Source: Verrucomicrobiota bacterium (GTDB lineage Bacteria; Verrucomicrobiota; Verrucomicrobiia; Limisphaerales; UBA1096). From it: 33,810 bases of DNA. Where the stretch lies: the NCBI GenBank assembly GCA_003972865.1, contig QOAX01000277.1, positions 1 to 33,810 on the forward strand, given 5' to 3'. Shown here piece by piece: positions 1 to 9,418 of the stretch. The position numbers were made by a program, and so were the translations under genes. The stretch's first letter is position 1; each line of letters opens with the position of its first letter. Under the pieces are notes generated by a model, which was not told where the DNA came from, did not search any database, and saw only the letters and a program-made list of their open reading frames with translations.

Positions 1-1110
1 GGCCAGTTCGCGGCCAGCAACCACGCGTTCGAGCAGGCGGAAAAGCGGATCGCGTTTTACGAACGGCAGGCCAAGTTGCGGCTGTCGAGGGAGGCCACCG
101 GACTGCTGACCAACCTGGCCGCATTGCCGTACGAGGGGCGCGGCTACGATCGCGTGATGCTCAACACGTATCAGGCGCTGAATTACCTGCAGCTTGGCCA
201 AGCAGAGGCTGCGCTCGTCGAGCTGCGCCAGGCACACGCCGAGCAGGACGCCGAGGTCGTCCGCAACGCCCGCCGCATCGTCGCCGCCCGCAAGTCCGCC
301 GGTGAATACGAGCGATCCATCCGCCGCGTGAACCTCGACGAACTCCAGCCGGACATCGCGTTGGACTACGGCGCGTTTGTTAATCCGTTCACCGACTTTC
401 TGCACGCTCTCTGCCTCTGGAGCCTTGCAGCCGATGACCGCGAAAACGCACTCGTCTCCCTCCGCCGCATTCACTCGACGCTGGGCGGCCCGGAGTTTCT
501 CGCCGACGAGATCAAGCGGGTTGACCGCATCCTCAGCGGCGCAAAGCACCCCGACCTGACGTACGTCATCTTTGAAACCGGCGTGGCGCCGATCCGCCGC
601 GAGGTTCGGCTCGACGTGCCGTTGTTCGATAAAAATGTGCCTTACGTCGCGGCGGCGTTTCCACGGCTTGAGCGGCGTGGGCGCTCCACTCCCGCGAACG
701 TTGCCATCGGCGAGGCCAAGCACAGCACCACGCTGATTTGCGACATGGACGCCGTGGTCGCCCGCGACTTTCGCACCGAGTTGCCAGCGGTGATTTTCCG
801 CACGCTGGCCGCCTCCGCGGCCAAGGCGGCAATGGCCAAAAAAGCCCGGGAGGAAGCCGGTGACCTCGGCGCCATCGCTGGTTTTTTGTACCAAGCCGCC
901 GGCGCGCAGGCCGATCTCCGCACGTGGACCACACTGCCGAAGGAGTTTCGAGTTTGCCGTGTCGAGACGCCGGGCGACCGCAAACTGACGCTGCTCGTTG
1001 GTCCGCAAAAAAGCGAAGTCGCGGTGAATACAGGCCGCGTGAACGTGGTCTGTGTTAAAAGCTTCGCGCCGGATGCGCCCTTGAAGATTCAGCAATTTCG
1101 ACTAAAATAA
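1..1110 (+). CDS. Hypothetical protein, 5'-truncated by the window edge. The N-part is helical and TPR-like. It resembles the uncharacterised COG3014-type proteins found next to LpoB-like lipoproteins.
   Basis: Frame 1 is open from nt 1 (GQFAASNHAFEQAEKRIAFYERQAKL precedes the listed TTG at 76). The stop is at 1108-1110, and a 9-nt gap separates it from the next same-strand gene. The family assignment is from memory of the neighbourhood only. Confidence 0.5.
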   Translation, partial: GQFAASNHAFEQAEKRIAFYERQAKLRLSREATGLLTNLAALPYEGRGYDRVMLNTYQALNYLQLGQAEAALVELRQAHAEQDAEVVRNARRIVAARKSAGEYERSIRRVNLDELQPDIALDYGAFVNPFTDFLHALCLWSLAADDRENALVSLRRIHSTLGGPEFLADEIKRVDRILSGAKHPDLTYVIFETGVAPIRREVRLDVPLFDKNVPYVAAAFPRLERRGRSTPANVAIGEAKHSTTLICDMDAVVARDFRTELPAVIFRTLAASAAKAAMAKKAREEAGDLGAIAGFLYQAAGAQADLRTWTTLPKEFRVCRVETPGDRKLTLLVGPQKSEVAVNTGRVNVVCVKSFAPDAPLKIQQFRLK

Positions 1111-1119
1111 ACCGCAGAC

Positions 1120-1743
1120 ATGAAACCGCTTGTCAAACTTATCACCGCCGCCGTGCTGCCAGCGCTCGCGCTGGGCTGTGCCACGGCCAAGTACATCGAC
1201 CACGACGGCCGCGACAGTGTCGTCAACGTGGGCCAAATCAACACGCAGGACTGGATTCGCGCCGCCAACGAGTTGACGCAGTCGCTGCTGCTCTCCGGCG
1301 CGATTCAGGGCGTTGCTGGCAAACCTAAAATCCTGATGATCGGCCGCATCAAAAACAACACCACGCAGCACATCGACACCGACAGTTTAATGAAAAAAAT
1401 CCGCGTGGCCCTGAATAAGGGCGGCCGGGCGCTGACGACCACGGCCGTTGGCCTCGACGGCCCGGAGGACGAGTCGTCCAAGGCAGTGCGCGAGTTGCGG
1501 GCCGACGACGAATTCAACCAGTCAACCATCCCAGGCAAAGGCAACCTCGTCTCGCCCGACTACAGTTTGTCCGGCAAGATCATCCAAAACGACGCCCGCG
1601 CCAGGCGTGGTTTGCTTCCAACAATCAAGCAATCCGAGTTCGCCTTCCAACTCTCGCTGACCGACCTGAAAACCGGCTTGGCCGTTTGGGAGGAAGAAAA
1701 GCTCATCGTCAAGCAGGGCTCACGCGCCGCCGTCGGCTGGTAA
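1120..1743 (+). CDS. Lipoprotein, LpoB-like (penicillin-binding-protein activator fold, COG3417-like)
   Basis: ATG at 1120. Signal peptide with a lipobox (MKPLVKLITAAVLPALALGC). The pattern KILMIGRIKNNTTQHIDTDSLMKKIRVALNKGG ... YSLSGKI ... LSLTDLKTGLAVWEE resembles LpoB-family proteins. Confidence 0.6.
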   Translation: MKPLVKLITAAVLPALALGCATAKYIDHDGRDSVVNVGQINTQDWIRAANELTQSLLLSGAIQGVAGKPKILMIGRIKNNTTQHIDTDSLMKKIRVALNKGGRALTTTAVGLDGPEDESSKAVRELRADDEFNQSTIPGKGNLVSPDYSLSGKIIQNDARARRGLLPTIKQSEFAFQLSLTDLKTGLAVWEEEKLIVKQGSRAAVGW

Positions 1744-1748
1744 GCCAA

Positions 1749-1764
1749 GCGCTTGGCCAAGCGC
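1749..1764. repeat. Perfect 16-nt palindrome GCGCTTGGCCAAGCGC, a copy of the iterated TTGGCCAA palindrome, lying 5 nt after the stop of the LpoB-like gene
   Basis: Read directly: gc gcttggccaa gcgc at 1749-1764. It is self-complementary. Confidence 0.95.
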
Positions 1765-1823
1765 AAATAACTTTCCGAAATCACGGATCGCGGTGATAAT
1801 GCCCGCGCCTTTGGGGCAACAAT

Positions 1824-2405
1824 ATGGACTGGCATTTCCGCTCACGCTCAAACCACTGCAACGACTGCGAAAGCGCGTTCGAGGACAAACACCCGTACCA
1901 CACGATTCTCTTTCGGGGCATGGAAAGCCTCGAGCGAATGGATATCTGCCCCGGTTGCTGGAAGCAAAAACACGAAACCGAGCCCGGCGCGATGGGCGGC
2001 TATATCTCCCATTGGCAGGGCGTTTACGAGGTGCCGCCGCCGCCGCCCGAGGCCATTCAAAAGGACAACGCCGAGACTCTGCTCAAAAAACTGATCGAAC
2101 AGAACGACCCCGAACACACGGAGGCCTGCTTCATTCTCGCCGTGATGCTCGAGCGCAAGCGCGTCATCAAAAACAAGGACCAGGTTCGCAACGAGGACGG
2201 CGGGCGCATGCTGATTTACGAGCACACGAAAACGGGAGACGTCTTCACCATCCTCGATCCTGCACTGAAACTAACCGAGTTGGGCGACGTGCAGGCCAGG
2301 GTCACTGAGCTGCTCGAGCACGGACTCGACCCGCCCGCCGCTGACGAAGCCGCAGAGCCCTCCGGGGAACCGGAGCAAGTTGCTTCAACCGTAGATGAAT
2401 CCTGA
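1824..2405 (+). CDS. Hypothetical protein with an N-terminal four-Cys zinc-ribbon-like motif
   Basis: ATG at 1824. CNDC...CPGC motif (HCNDCESAF...MDICPGCW). Overlaps the rnc start by 11 nt, which suggests co-transcription. No family recognised. Confidence 0.6.
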   Translation: MDWHFRSRSNHCNDCESAFEDKHPYHTILFRGMESLERMDICPGCWKQKHETEPGAMGGYISHWQGVYEVPPPPPEAIQKDNAETLLKKLIEQNDPEHTEACFILAVMLERKRVIKNKDQVRNEDGGRMLIYEHTKTGDVFTILDPALKLTELGDVQARVTELLEHGLDPPAADEAAEPSGEPEQVASTVDES

Positions 2406-3096
2406 CCCCACCGAGTTGCAGGCGTTGGAGCAAACGCTCGGCTACGAGTTTCGTGATGTGAGCCTGCTGCAGCTTGCCATTACGCACCCCTCGGCTTCCG
2501 GCAACCAATCGAAGCCGTCCGATGACAATCAGCGGATGGAATTTCTCGGCGACGCCGTTTTGCAGGCGGTGATCTCCGAGGCGCTCTACCGGCTTCATCC
2601 CGATAAGGATGAAGGCCACCTGACCAAGGCCCGCGCCGGGCTGGTCAACGGCACATCACTGGCCGCCAAGGCCGCCGCGCTTGGCCTCGAGCAACACCTC
2701 GTCCTCGGTCACGGCCAGCGCACGGAATTTGAACGCGGCAAGGAGTCCGCACTGGAGGATGCCCTTGAGGCGCTGGTCGCCGCGCTGTATCTCGACGGCG
2801 GGCTGCACGCCGCAAATGACTTTGTAATTCGTGTCTTTGCGGATGAACTGGCCAACCCGGACAGCATCCCCACAATCGAAAACCCGAAGGGCGAGTTGCA
2901 GGAACGGCTGCAGGGCGGTACCGGCGTATCGCCGACGTACGAACTGCTCAGCGCCTCCGGCCCGGCTCACGCCCGGGAGTTTGAAGTTGCTGTCCTGCAC
3001 GCCGGCGATGAGCTAGGCCGTGGTTCGGGGGGCAGCAAAAAAGAAGCCGAGTCGCAGGCCGCCTTGGCCGCCTTGGCCAAGCTGCGCGACGAGTAG
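2395..3096 (+). CDS. rnc: Ribonuclease III
   Basis: LGYEFRDVSLLQLAITHPS plus the RNase III signature NQRMEFLGDAVLQ. C-terminal dsRBD ending GSGGSKKEAESQAALAAL. Confidence 0.95.
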   Translation: MNPDPTELQALEQTLGYEFRDVSLLQLAITHPSASGNQSKPSDDNQRMEFLGDAVLQAVISEALYRLHPDKDEGHLTKARAGLVNGTSLAAKAAALGLEQHLVLGHGQRTEFERGKESALEDALEALVAALYLDGGLHAANDFVIRVFADELANPDSIPTIENPKGELQERLQGGTGVSPTYELLSASGPAHAREFEVAVLHAGDELGRGSGGSKKEAESQAALAALAKLRDE

Positions 3097-3102
3097 CCCG
3101 CG

Positions 3103-3954
3103 TCAGGCAATCGAATCGAAGTCGAGTGCAATATCGACCGACGGTGCGGAGTGGGTTAGCGCGCCAACCGAGATAAAATCCACTCCTGTCTCGGCAATTT
3201 CACAAACCGTCTCCAGTGTCACGCCTCCGCTGGCCTCGGTCCTGGCGCGGCCATCGATCCGCTTGATGGCTTCTCGGAGTTCGTCGCAGTTCATGTTGTC
3301 GAGCAGGACGATGTCCGCGCCGGCGTCTGCCGCTGTCTGTGCCTGCTCGACCGTGTCGGCCTCCACCTCGATTTTCAATTTCGGTGACGCCTCGCGTGCC
3401 CGCGCCACCGCTGCGGTGACATCGCCATCAAGTGCGACCAGGTGGTTGTCCTTGATCATCACCTGGCCATAAAGGCCAACCCGATGATTCGTGCCGCCGC
3501 CGCTGGCCACGGCGTATTTCTCCAGCGCGCGCCAGCCGGGAGTCGTCTTGCGGGTGTCGAGAATCTGCGCCCGGGTGCCGGCGACCTGCTCGACGAACCG
3601 CGCCGTGAGAGTGGCCACGCCGGCCAGGCGCTGGACGAAGTTGAGGGCGGTGCGCTCCGCCGTGAGCAGCGCGCGCGTTGGGCCCTCCACACGAAGCAGC
3701 GCTTGGCCAAGCCGGCCCTGTTGGCCGTCGAGAACCTCGATGCCAAACTCCACGCGCTCATCCACCTGCTCAAACGCGGCCAGGGCAAGATCGACCCCGG
3801 CCATGACCAGCGGCTCGCGGGCGACCATCACCGCCGTCGCGAACGAGTCCTCCGGCACCAGGGCCTGGGTCGTCACGTCGCCACTGCCGATGTCCTCGGC
3901 CAGGGCGGCCTTGACCAGCGGCAGGTAATCGTTCGGTGCGAGCGGTTCCGGCAT
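3103..3954 (-). CDS. nadC: Nicotinate-nucleotide pyrophosphorylase (carboxylating), also called quinolinate phosphoribosyltransferase
   Basis: LVKAALAEDIGSGDVTT, TRKTTPGWRALEKYAVASGGGTNHRVGLYGQVMIKDNH and VEADT...LLDNM motifs. I chose the internal ATG at 3954 (MPEPLAPNDYL) rather than the ORF-track start at 4044, which would overlap the divergent gene. Confidence 0.9.
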   Translation of the reverse strand: MPEPLAPNDYLPLVKAALAEDIGSGDVTTQALVPEDSFATAVMVAREPLVMAGVDLALAAFEQVDERVEFGIEVLDGQQGRLGQALLRVEGPTRALLTAERTALNFVQRLAGVATLTARFVEQVAGTRAQILDTRKTTPGWRALEKYAVASGGGTNHRVGLYGQVMIKDNHLVALDGDVTAAVARAREASPKLKIEVEADTVEQAQTAADAGADIVLLDNMNCDELREAIKRIDGRARTEASGGVTLETVCEIAETGVDFISVGALTHSAPSVDIALDFDSIA

Positions 3955-4042
3955 CGGCAAAAGTCTTGGCCAAGCGGCCGCCGGAATGAAGCTCAAACCG
4001 TTTTTTCTTCCCAAGCGGGAGGCATTGCTGGATAGTCCACGC

Positions 4043-4726
4043 ATGCCCTTGGTTCCAAATACCCTCGCCCGCCTGTCGTTGGCCTGTGGCCTTTTGCCGC
4101 TTCTCCAAGCTGTTGCAGCGGATCACGACTCTTCGCGCTGGGAGAAGACCATCGTCCAGTTTGAGGCCGCTGACAGAAAACTGATGCCCCAGCCGGACGG
4201 CGTCCTGTTCATCGGCAGCTCGAGCATCCGGATGTGGAAAACCCTCAAGCAGGATTTTCCCGGTTTGTCGGTCATCAACCGCGGCTTCGGCGGCTCGCAG
4301 ATTGCCGACTCGATCCATTTCGCCGGGCGCATCGTGTATCCGTACAAGCCAAGGCAGATTGTCCTGTACGCCGGCGACAACGACGTGGCCGCCGGCAAGT
4401 CGCCGGAGACCGTGCTGGCTGATTTTCAGAAATTCGTGAAGACGGTAAGCGCCAAGCTGTCAAAGACGCGCATTTCCTTCATCGCCATCAAGCCCAGCAT
4501 CCGTCGCTGGAAATTGTCCGGCAAAATGGCCGAGGCCAACGTGCTCGTGCACGACGTATGCGCCAAGGACAAGCGGCTGGACTACATCGACATATGGCAG
4601 CCGATGCTTGGTGACGACGGCAAGCCTAGGCCGGACCTGTTCCTTGGCGACGGCCTGCATCTGAACGCCAAGGGCTACGCGCTGTGGACCTCCATCGTGA
4701 AGCCGCACCTGGTCCGGCGCGAGTAG
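4043..4726 (+). CDS. SGNH/GDSL-family hydrolase (esterase), secreted
   Basis: The SGNH blocks are visible: FIGSSSIRMW (Ser), FGGSQIAD (Gly), YAGDNDV (Asn), GDGLHLNAKGY (Asp-x-x-His). The ATG at 4043 gives a signal-peptide-like N-terminus (MPLVPNTLARLSLACGLLPLLQAVAA). The ORF-track start at 3986 is also possible. Confidence 0.8.
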   Translation: MPLVPNTLARLSLACGLLPLLQAVAADHDSSRWEKTIVQFEAADRKLMPQPDGVLFIGSSSIRMWKTLKQDFPGLSVINRGFGGSQIADSIHFAGRIVYPYKPRQIVLYAGDNDVAAGKSPETVLADFQKFVKTVSAKLSKTRISFIAIKPSIRRWKLSGKMAEANVLVHDVCAKDKRLDYIDIWQPMLGDDGKPRPDLFLGDGLHLNAKGYALWTSIVKPHLVRRE

Positions 4727-4770
4727 TTCGGCGATTGGCAAAACCGGACGCCACTGTTACGCTGGCCGTG

Positions 4771-5580
4771 ATGCCGGACGAGCATACATCAACTTCAGCC
4801 GCAAAGACCCCGCTGCACGACGCGCAGAACACGCGGGACACCCGTGAGCTGCCGATCGACAAGGTCGGCGTGCGGGGTCTCCGTTTCCCCATCCAGGTGC
4901 GGGACCGCGCCCACGTGGTGCAGAACACCATTGCCACGGTCGGCCTGTTCGTGGATCTGCCGATGGAGTTCAAGGGCACGCACATGAGCCGATTCATCGA
5001 GGTGCTCCACTCGCACGGCGGGATGATCCACGTTGAGAACATCCCCGACCTGCTGGCGCGGATGCAGGAGCGGCTCAAGGCCAACACGTCGCACCTCGAG
5101 ATGGAGTTCCCCTACTTCATCACCAAGAAGGCGCCGGCCACCGGGCGCGAGGGGTTGATGGACTACACCGTGCGCTTCGAGGCCAACGCCACCGGCAGCG
5201 ACATTGACTTTGTGATGACCGTGCGCGTGGCGGTGACGACGCTCTGCCCCTGCTCAAAGGCGATCAGCGAGTACGGCGCGCACAACCAGCGCGGCGAGGT
5301 CACGGTGGCCATCCGCTCGTCGGAGACGGTGTGGATCGAGGATCTGATCGCGCTCGTCGAGCAGTCGGCCAGCAGCGAACTGTACTCGCTGCTCAAGCGC
5401 CCGGACGAAAAGGCGGTGACCGAGCGGGCGTACGAAAACCCGGTTTTCGTCGAGGATCTCGTCCGCAACGTGGTGCTCCGGCTCAAGGCGCACGAACACG
5501 TGACGTGGTACAAGGTCGAGGCCGAAAACTTCGAGAGCATCCACAACCACAACGTCTACGCCTGCATCGAGAAGGGCTGA
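4771..5580 (+). CDS. folE2: GTP cyclohydrolase I type 2 (FolE2/MptA family)
   Basis: LPIDKVGVRGLRFPI, FKGTHMSRFIE and TTLCPCSKAISEYGAHNQRGEV are typical FolE2 blocks. The ATG at 4771 was chosen because the upstream part of the ORF overlaps the preceding gene. Confidence 0.9.
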   Translation: MPDEHTSTSAAKTPLHDAQNTRDTRELPIDKVGVRGLRFPIQVRDRAHVVQNTIATVGLFVDLPMEFKGTHMSRFIEVLHSHGGMIHVENIPDLLARMQERLKANTSHLEMEFPYFITKKAPATGREGLMDYTVRFEANATGSDIDFVMTVRVAVTTLCPCSKAISEYGAHNQRGEVTVAIRSSETVWIEDLIALVEQSASSELYSLLKRPDEKAVTERAYENPVFVEDLVRNVVLRLKAHEHVTWYKVEAENFESIHNHNVYACIEKG

Positions 5581-5581
5581 G

Positions 5582-6673
5582 ATGCTGGAACGGTTTTTTA
5601 TCGCGTTGGCCATCGGCTTGGCCGCCCCACATTTGTCGGCGCAGGTCAACGTCCAGCTCGAGGCGCTCAAGCGGTTGAAGGACATCGACCTCGACACCAA
5701 TCCGGCGATCAAAAAAGTGGTGCTCGACATCCTCGAGTCGTCGCGTGGCCAGGCGGCATTTGTCGAGATCGTGCGTGATTTCAGGCTGCCCGGCCACGAG
5801 GCGGAGCTGCTCCAGTACGCCCAGGCGCATCCCAACGATTCCACTGGCGTCGAGGCAATCCGCCTGCTGCTCAATGACGCCGGCTTGAAGCTGATCCGCG
5901 CCGCCATCGACGGGGAGAACGCCACCGGCACAGTCACCGCGTTGGCCAACGCGCAGGCACCCGAGGCCGAGCCGGTGCTGCTGCGATTGGCCAAGGACGC
6001 CAAAAAGCCGCTGGCCCTGCGCACGATTACCGTCAAAGGCCTGGCCAAGGCCAAGACCGGCGCAAGGGCACTTTTGACCGAGGCCAAGGCCGGGCGGCTC
6101 CCGGCGGACATGAGTTTCGCCGCCGGCAACGCACTGCGCAGTGTCCGCTGGAAAAACCTGCGCGCGCAGGCGGCCAAGCTGTTCCCGCCACCGCAGGGCC
6201 TTGGCCAAGCGCTGCCGCCCGTGGCCAAGCTCGTCGCGATGAAGGGCGACATCGCCAACGGTGAGAAAATTTTCTTCCGGCCGCAAAGCACCTGCGCCAC
6301 CTGCCACCAGATCAACAGCAGGGGCATCGACTTCGGCCCGAAACTCTCCGGCATCGGCACCAAGCTCGGCCGTGAGGCGTTGTTGCTCTCCATCCTCGAC
6401 CCCAGCGCCGGCATCTCGTTCGGGTATGAGGCGTGGTTGTTGAAAACAAAAAACGACGCCGAGGTGCTGGGCATCATCACCAGCCAGACCAATGACGAGG
6501 TGACGCTCAAGGTGCCCGGCGGCATTTCTATCACCTACAAGGCGGCGGATATCGCCAGGCGCACGCAGTTGCCGACCAGTATCATGCTGCCCGGACTGCA
6601 GGCAACGATGACGCCGCAGGAACTAGTGGACATGATCACCTATCTGCACAGCCTCAAGCAGGCCAAGCCGTAG
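5582..6673 (+). CDS. Secreted HEAT-like repeat protein with a C-terminal c-type heme-binding domain (Pirellula/Verrucomicrobium type)
   Basis: Signal peptide MLERFFIALAIGLAAPHLSAQ. CATCH (CxxCH) followed by GIDFGPKLSGIG...LLLSILDPSAGIS, as in the TIGR02603-like domain (recalled from memory). The start codon lies 1 nt after the folE2 stop. Confidence 0.75.
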   Translation: MLERFFIALAIGLAAPHLSAQVNVQLEALKRLKDIDLDTNPAIKKVVLDILESSRGQAAFVEIVRDFRLPGHEAELLQYAQAHPNDSTGVEAIRLLLNDAGLKLIRAAIDGENATGTVTALANAQAPEAEPVLLRLAKDAKKPLALRTITVKGLAKAKTGARALLTEAKAGRLPADMSFAAGNALRSVRWKNLRAQAAKLFPPPQGLGQALPPVAKLVAMKGDIANGEKIFFRPQSTCATCHQINSRGIDFGPKLSGIGTKLGREALLLSILDPSAGISFGYEAWLLKTKNDAEVLGIITSQTNDEVTLKVPGGISITYKAADIARRTQLPTSIMLPGLQATMTPQELVDMITYLHSLKQAKP

Positions 6674-6716
6674 CCGTCGTCTTTACAAAGCCCCGGCGCT
6701 TGGCCAAGCTCCGTGC

Positions 6717-7598
6717 ATGAAAACCGCCCGCCTGGCCGTGGCCGTATTGGCCACTATTACCGTCGCAGACATGGCTCACCCAGCTCCGCTCACGTTCACA
6801 GCCCGCTCGCAGGCGCTCTCGGCGACCGGCGGCGGCAAATACAAACCGGTCGAGACCGAGGTCACTTGGGAAGCCTCCAAGACGGCCGTGGTGATCGTGG
6901 ACATGTGGGACGACCACTGGTGCCCGAACGCCGCCAAGCGCGTCGCCGAAATGGCTAAGCCGATGAACGAAGTGCTCCAGTTGGCCCGCGAAAAGGGCAT
7001 GCTCATCATCCACGCGCCAAGTTCCACGGTTGATTTTTACAGGGACGCTCCCGCCCGCAAACGAGCCAAGGACGCGCCGACTGCCAAGCCGCCGGTCGCA
7101 CTCTCGAAGGACGTGCGCTGGGGCACCAACTGGTGCTGGCCAAACAAATCCCGCGAGCCGGATCTGCCGATCGATGACACCGACATGGGCTGCGACTGCG
7201 AGGAGGAGTACCCGATCCGCGAAGCGTGGACGCGCCAGACCGACCTCATCGCGATCGACGACGAGCGCGACGCTGTCACCGATAACGGCCAGGAAACGTA
7301 CAACCTGCTCGCGCAGCACGGCATCGACAACGTCATCCTCATGGGTGTGCACCTCAACATGTGCGTGCTTGGCCGCCCGGTCGGCATCCGGCAAATGGTC
7401 GCCGTCGGTAAAAACGTCGTCCTCATGCGTGACATGACCGACACGATGTACAACCCGAAAAAGCGTCCGTTCGTCAGCCACTTCGCCGGCACCGACCTGG
7501 TCGTGCAACACGTCGAGAAATTCTGGTGCCCCTCCATCACCAGCACCGCCATCACCGGCAAGTCCCCCTTCCGCTTCAAGAACGACCCGCGCAAGTAG
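6717..7598 (+). CDS. Isochorismatase-family (cysteine hydrolase-like) protein, secreted
   Basis: Signal peptide MKTARLAVAVLATITVA. AVVIVDMWDDHW (Asp block) and VILMGVHLNMCVLGRPVG (Cys block) resemble the isochorismatase-like fold. Confidence 0.55.
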   Translation: MKTARLAVAVLATITVADMAHPAPLTFTARSQALSATGGGKYKPVETEVTWEASKTAVVIVDMWDDHWCPNAAKRVAEMAKPMNEVLQLAREKGMLIIHAPSSTVDFYRDAPARKRAKDAPTAKPPVALSKDVRWGTNWCWPNKSREPDLPIDDTDMGCDCEEEYPIREAWTRQTDLIAIDDERDAVTDNGQETYNLLAQHGIDNVILMGVHLNMCVLGRPVGIRQMVAVGKNVVLMRDMTDTMYNPKKRPFVSHFAGTDLVVQHVEKFWCPSITSTAITGKSPFRFKNDPRK

Positions 7599-7687
7599 CG
7601 GGTTGCCAGTCACTATTACGGGCTTGAAATCAGAACGGGATTCGTTAGGTTCGCGCCCCGTTTTTCGATAAAAACGGATTCCCGATC

Positions 7688-8251
7688 ATGCCTTTAGGAA
7701 ACGATCTTCGCAAAGGAATGGCCGTCAAGCATAAGGGCGAGGTGGCCGTCGTGCTGGAGTGCCAGCACCGCACGCCCCCGAAGACGCGTGCGTTTGTGCA
7801 GGCCACGCTGCGCAGCATTCGCACGGGCAAATCTTTCGACACTCGGTTCAGTTCCACGGAGAAAGTCGACGTGATTCCGCTCGACCACCGCAAGATGGAG
7901 TATAGCTATCGCGACGGCGACGACTTTGTTTTCACCGACCCGGAAACGTACGAACCAGTGACTGTGACGCCGGATCTTGTCGGTGATGCGGTGGATTACA
8001 TGGTCGAGAACTGCCCGGTCGAGATAACGTTCATCGAGGGCAATCCGGCCGTGATGGTGCTGCCGTCCAGCGTGGTGCTAACCGTCACCAACGCCCCGGA
8101 GGGAGTGAAAGGGGACTCCACCACGAACGTGATGAAAACCATCACACTCGAAACCGGGAAGACCATCCAGGCACCGCTCTTCATTAAAACAGGCGAACGG
8201 CTGAAGGTGGACACCCGTCACGGAAAATACATGGAGCGCGTGAACAAATAG
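7688..8251 (+). CDS. efp: Translation elongation factor P
   Basis: 187 aa. The N-terminal KOW-like segment LRKGMAVKHKGEVAVVLECQH and the overall length and domain order are typical of EF-P. Confidence 0.95.
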   Translation: MPLGNDLRKGMAVKHKGEVAVVLECQHRTPPKTRAFVQATLRSIRTGKSFDTRFSSTEKVDVIPLDHRKMEYSYRDGDDFVFTDPETYEPVTVTPDLVGDAVDYMVENCPVEITFIEGNPAVMVLPSSVVLTVTNAPEGVKGDSTTNVMKTITLETGKTIQAPLFIKTGERLKVDTRHGKYMERVNK

Positions 8252-8276
8252 TCCGCAGCAAAAGATATTTTGTGGG

Positions 8277-8308
8277 CGCCCCGCTTGGCCAAGCGGGGCG
8301 TTTTTTTT
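8277..8308 (+). terminator. Rho-independent terminator of efp. It is a 24-nt perfect palindrome built around GCTTGGCCAAGC, followed by T8, and sits between convergent efp and the PfkB kinase gene.
   Basis: cgcccc-gcttggccaagc-ggggcg at 8277-8300, then tttttttt at 8301-8308. It lies 26 nt after the efp stop and ends 2 nt before the stop codon of the convergent gene. Confidence 0.8.
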
Positions 8309-8310
8309 AA

Positions 8311-9366
8311 TCAAAACTCCGGCTCGAGCCTGGACTTGTATTTGTATTTCTTGGCCAAGGCTTGCACGCTCCGGAGTGACTTCATGCCGCCGGTGCAGGA
8401 TGGGTCGGAGAGGCAGGCGGCGGCGGCGCAGACAGCCGTCTCCAGGCACTTGGCCAAGTCCCATTCCTCGTGCAAGCCAAGCAGCATGCCGGTGCAGAAG
8501 GCGTCGCCCGCCCCGGCCGCGCCAACGATGTCCCTGGCCGGGATTCGCAATGAGGATTGCAGCACGTCCTCGCCCTTTCGCGTGCGCGCGAACCCGCCCT
8601 CCGGAAAGTGGATCACCACCAGTTCGCCAACGCCCATCTGCAACAACGCGCCGGCGGCATGCCGAAGCGCCACGATGTCCAGATTGTCGTCGTCCTGCCG
8701 GATCTTGAAACCGGTCGTCTTGCCCGCCTCGACTTCATTCAGGATGCAGTAGTCGGTGTATTGCAGTGCGGGGGTGACGACCCTGGCAAACCGGTCGCTG
8801 TCTTCGCTCACGGCGTCGATGCTTGTCCGCAGCCCGGCCGCCTGCGCTGCCGCCAACAGCTTAGCCGCCTTGGTGCCGTGTTTTTTGTCGGGACTGTCCA
8901 ACTCGTTGAGCAGGAGCAGATAGCCGAGGTGGAAAAACCGGGCCTTGGTTTTTTTGAAATCAAGATCGCTGCCGTCCCAGAGCGCGTTGGCACCACGGTT
9001 GTGAAAAAACGTCCGGTTGCCGCCCTTGGTCACGGTCATGACATCCGTGTAGGAGGTCGGGGCATCGGGGGTGACCTTGAGGTTTTTGGTATCTATCTTG
9101 TGCCTAACGCAGTCGTCGAGGATCAGATTGCCGAACGCATCGTTGCCAACCAGGCCGGCGGCAGCCAACGGGATATCGGCTCCCAGCTTGGCAAAGTTGA
9201 CGAGCAGGTTGTAAGGCGAGCCGCCGGTGCCGGTGATGGCGGTGCCGGTGATGTTGGCCAATTGCTCCCGCTGTGGGTACACATCGATCATCTTCACCTG
9301 ATCGATAATCCAGTTTCCACCAGCCAGAATCCCCTTGCGGACGGATGCTTTTGTTGCAGCGGGCAT
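8311..9366 (-). CDS. PfkB-family carbohydrate kinase (ribokinase-like)
   Basis: GGSPYN near the N-terminus and the C-terminal PfkB signature VGAAGAGDAFCTGMLLGL. ATG at 9366. Confidence 0.85.
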   Translation of the reverse strand: MPAATKASVRKGILAGGNWIIDQVKMIDVYPQREQLANITGTAITGTGGSPYNLLVNFAKLGADIPLAAAGLVGNDAFGNLILDDCVRHKIDTKNLKVTPDAPTSYTDVMTVTKGGNRTFFHNRGANALWDGSDLDFKKTKARFFHLGYLLLLNELDSPDKKHGTKAAKLLAAAQAAGLRTSIDAVSEDSDRFARVVTPALQYTDYCILNEVEAGKTTGFKIRQDDDNLDIVALRHAAGALLQMGVGELVVIHFPEGGFARTRKGEDVLQSSLRIPARDIVGAAGAGDAFCTGMLLGLHEEWDLAKCLETAVCAAAACLSDPSCTGGMKSLRSVQALAKKYKYKSRLEPEF

Positions 9367-9418
9367 TGGAAAGGCAACCCTGCCATCGGCACCCCTGAAA
9401 TACCAGTCCGGAGTTGCG

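Noticed and set aside
7658-7677. A perfect CCGTTTTT-CGAT-AAAAACGG hairpin 10 nt upstream of the efp start.
   Set aside because: The stem is AT-rich with no following T-tract, so it is not a convincing terminator. A role in efp translation control is possible but unsupported.
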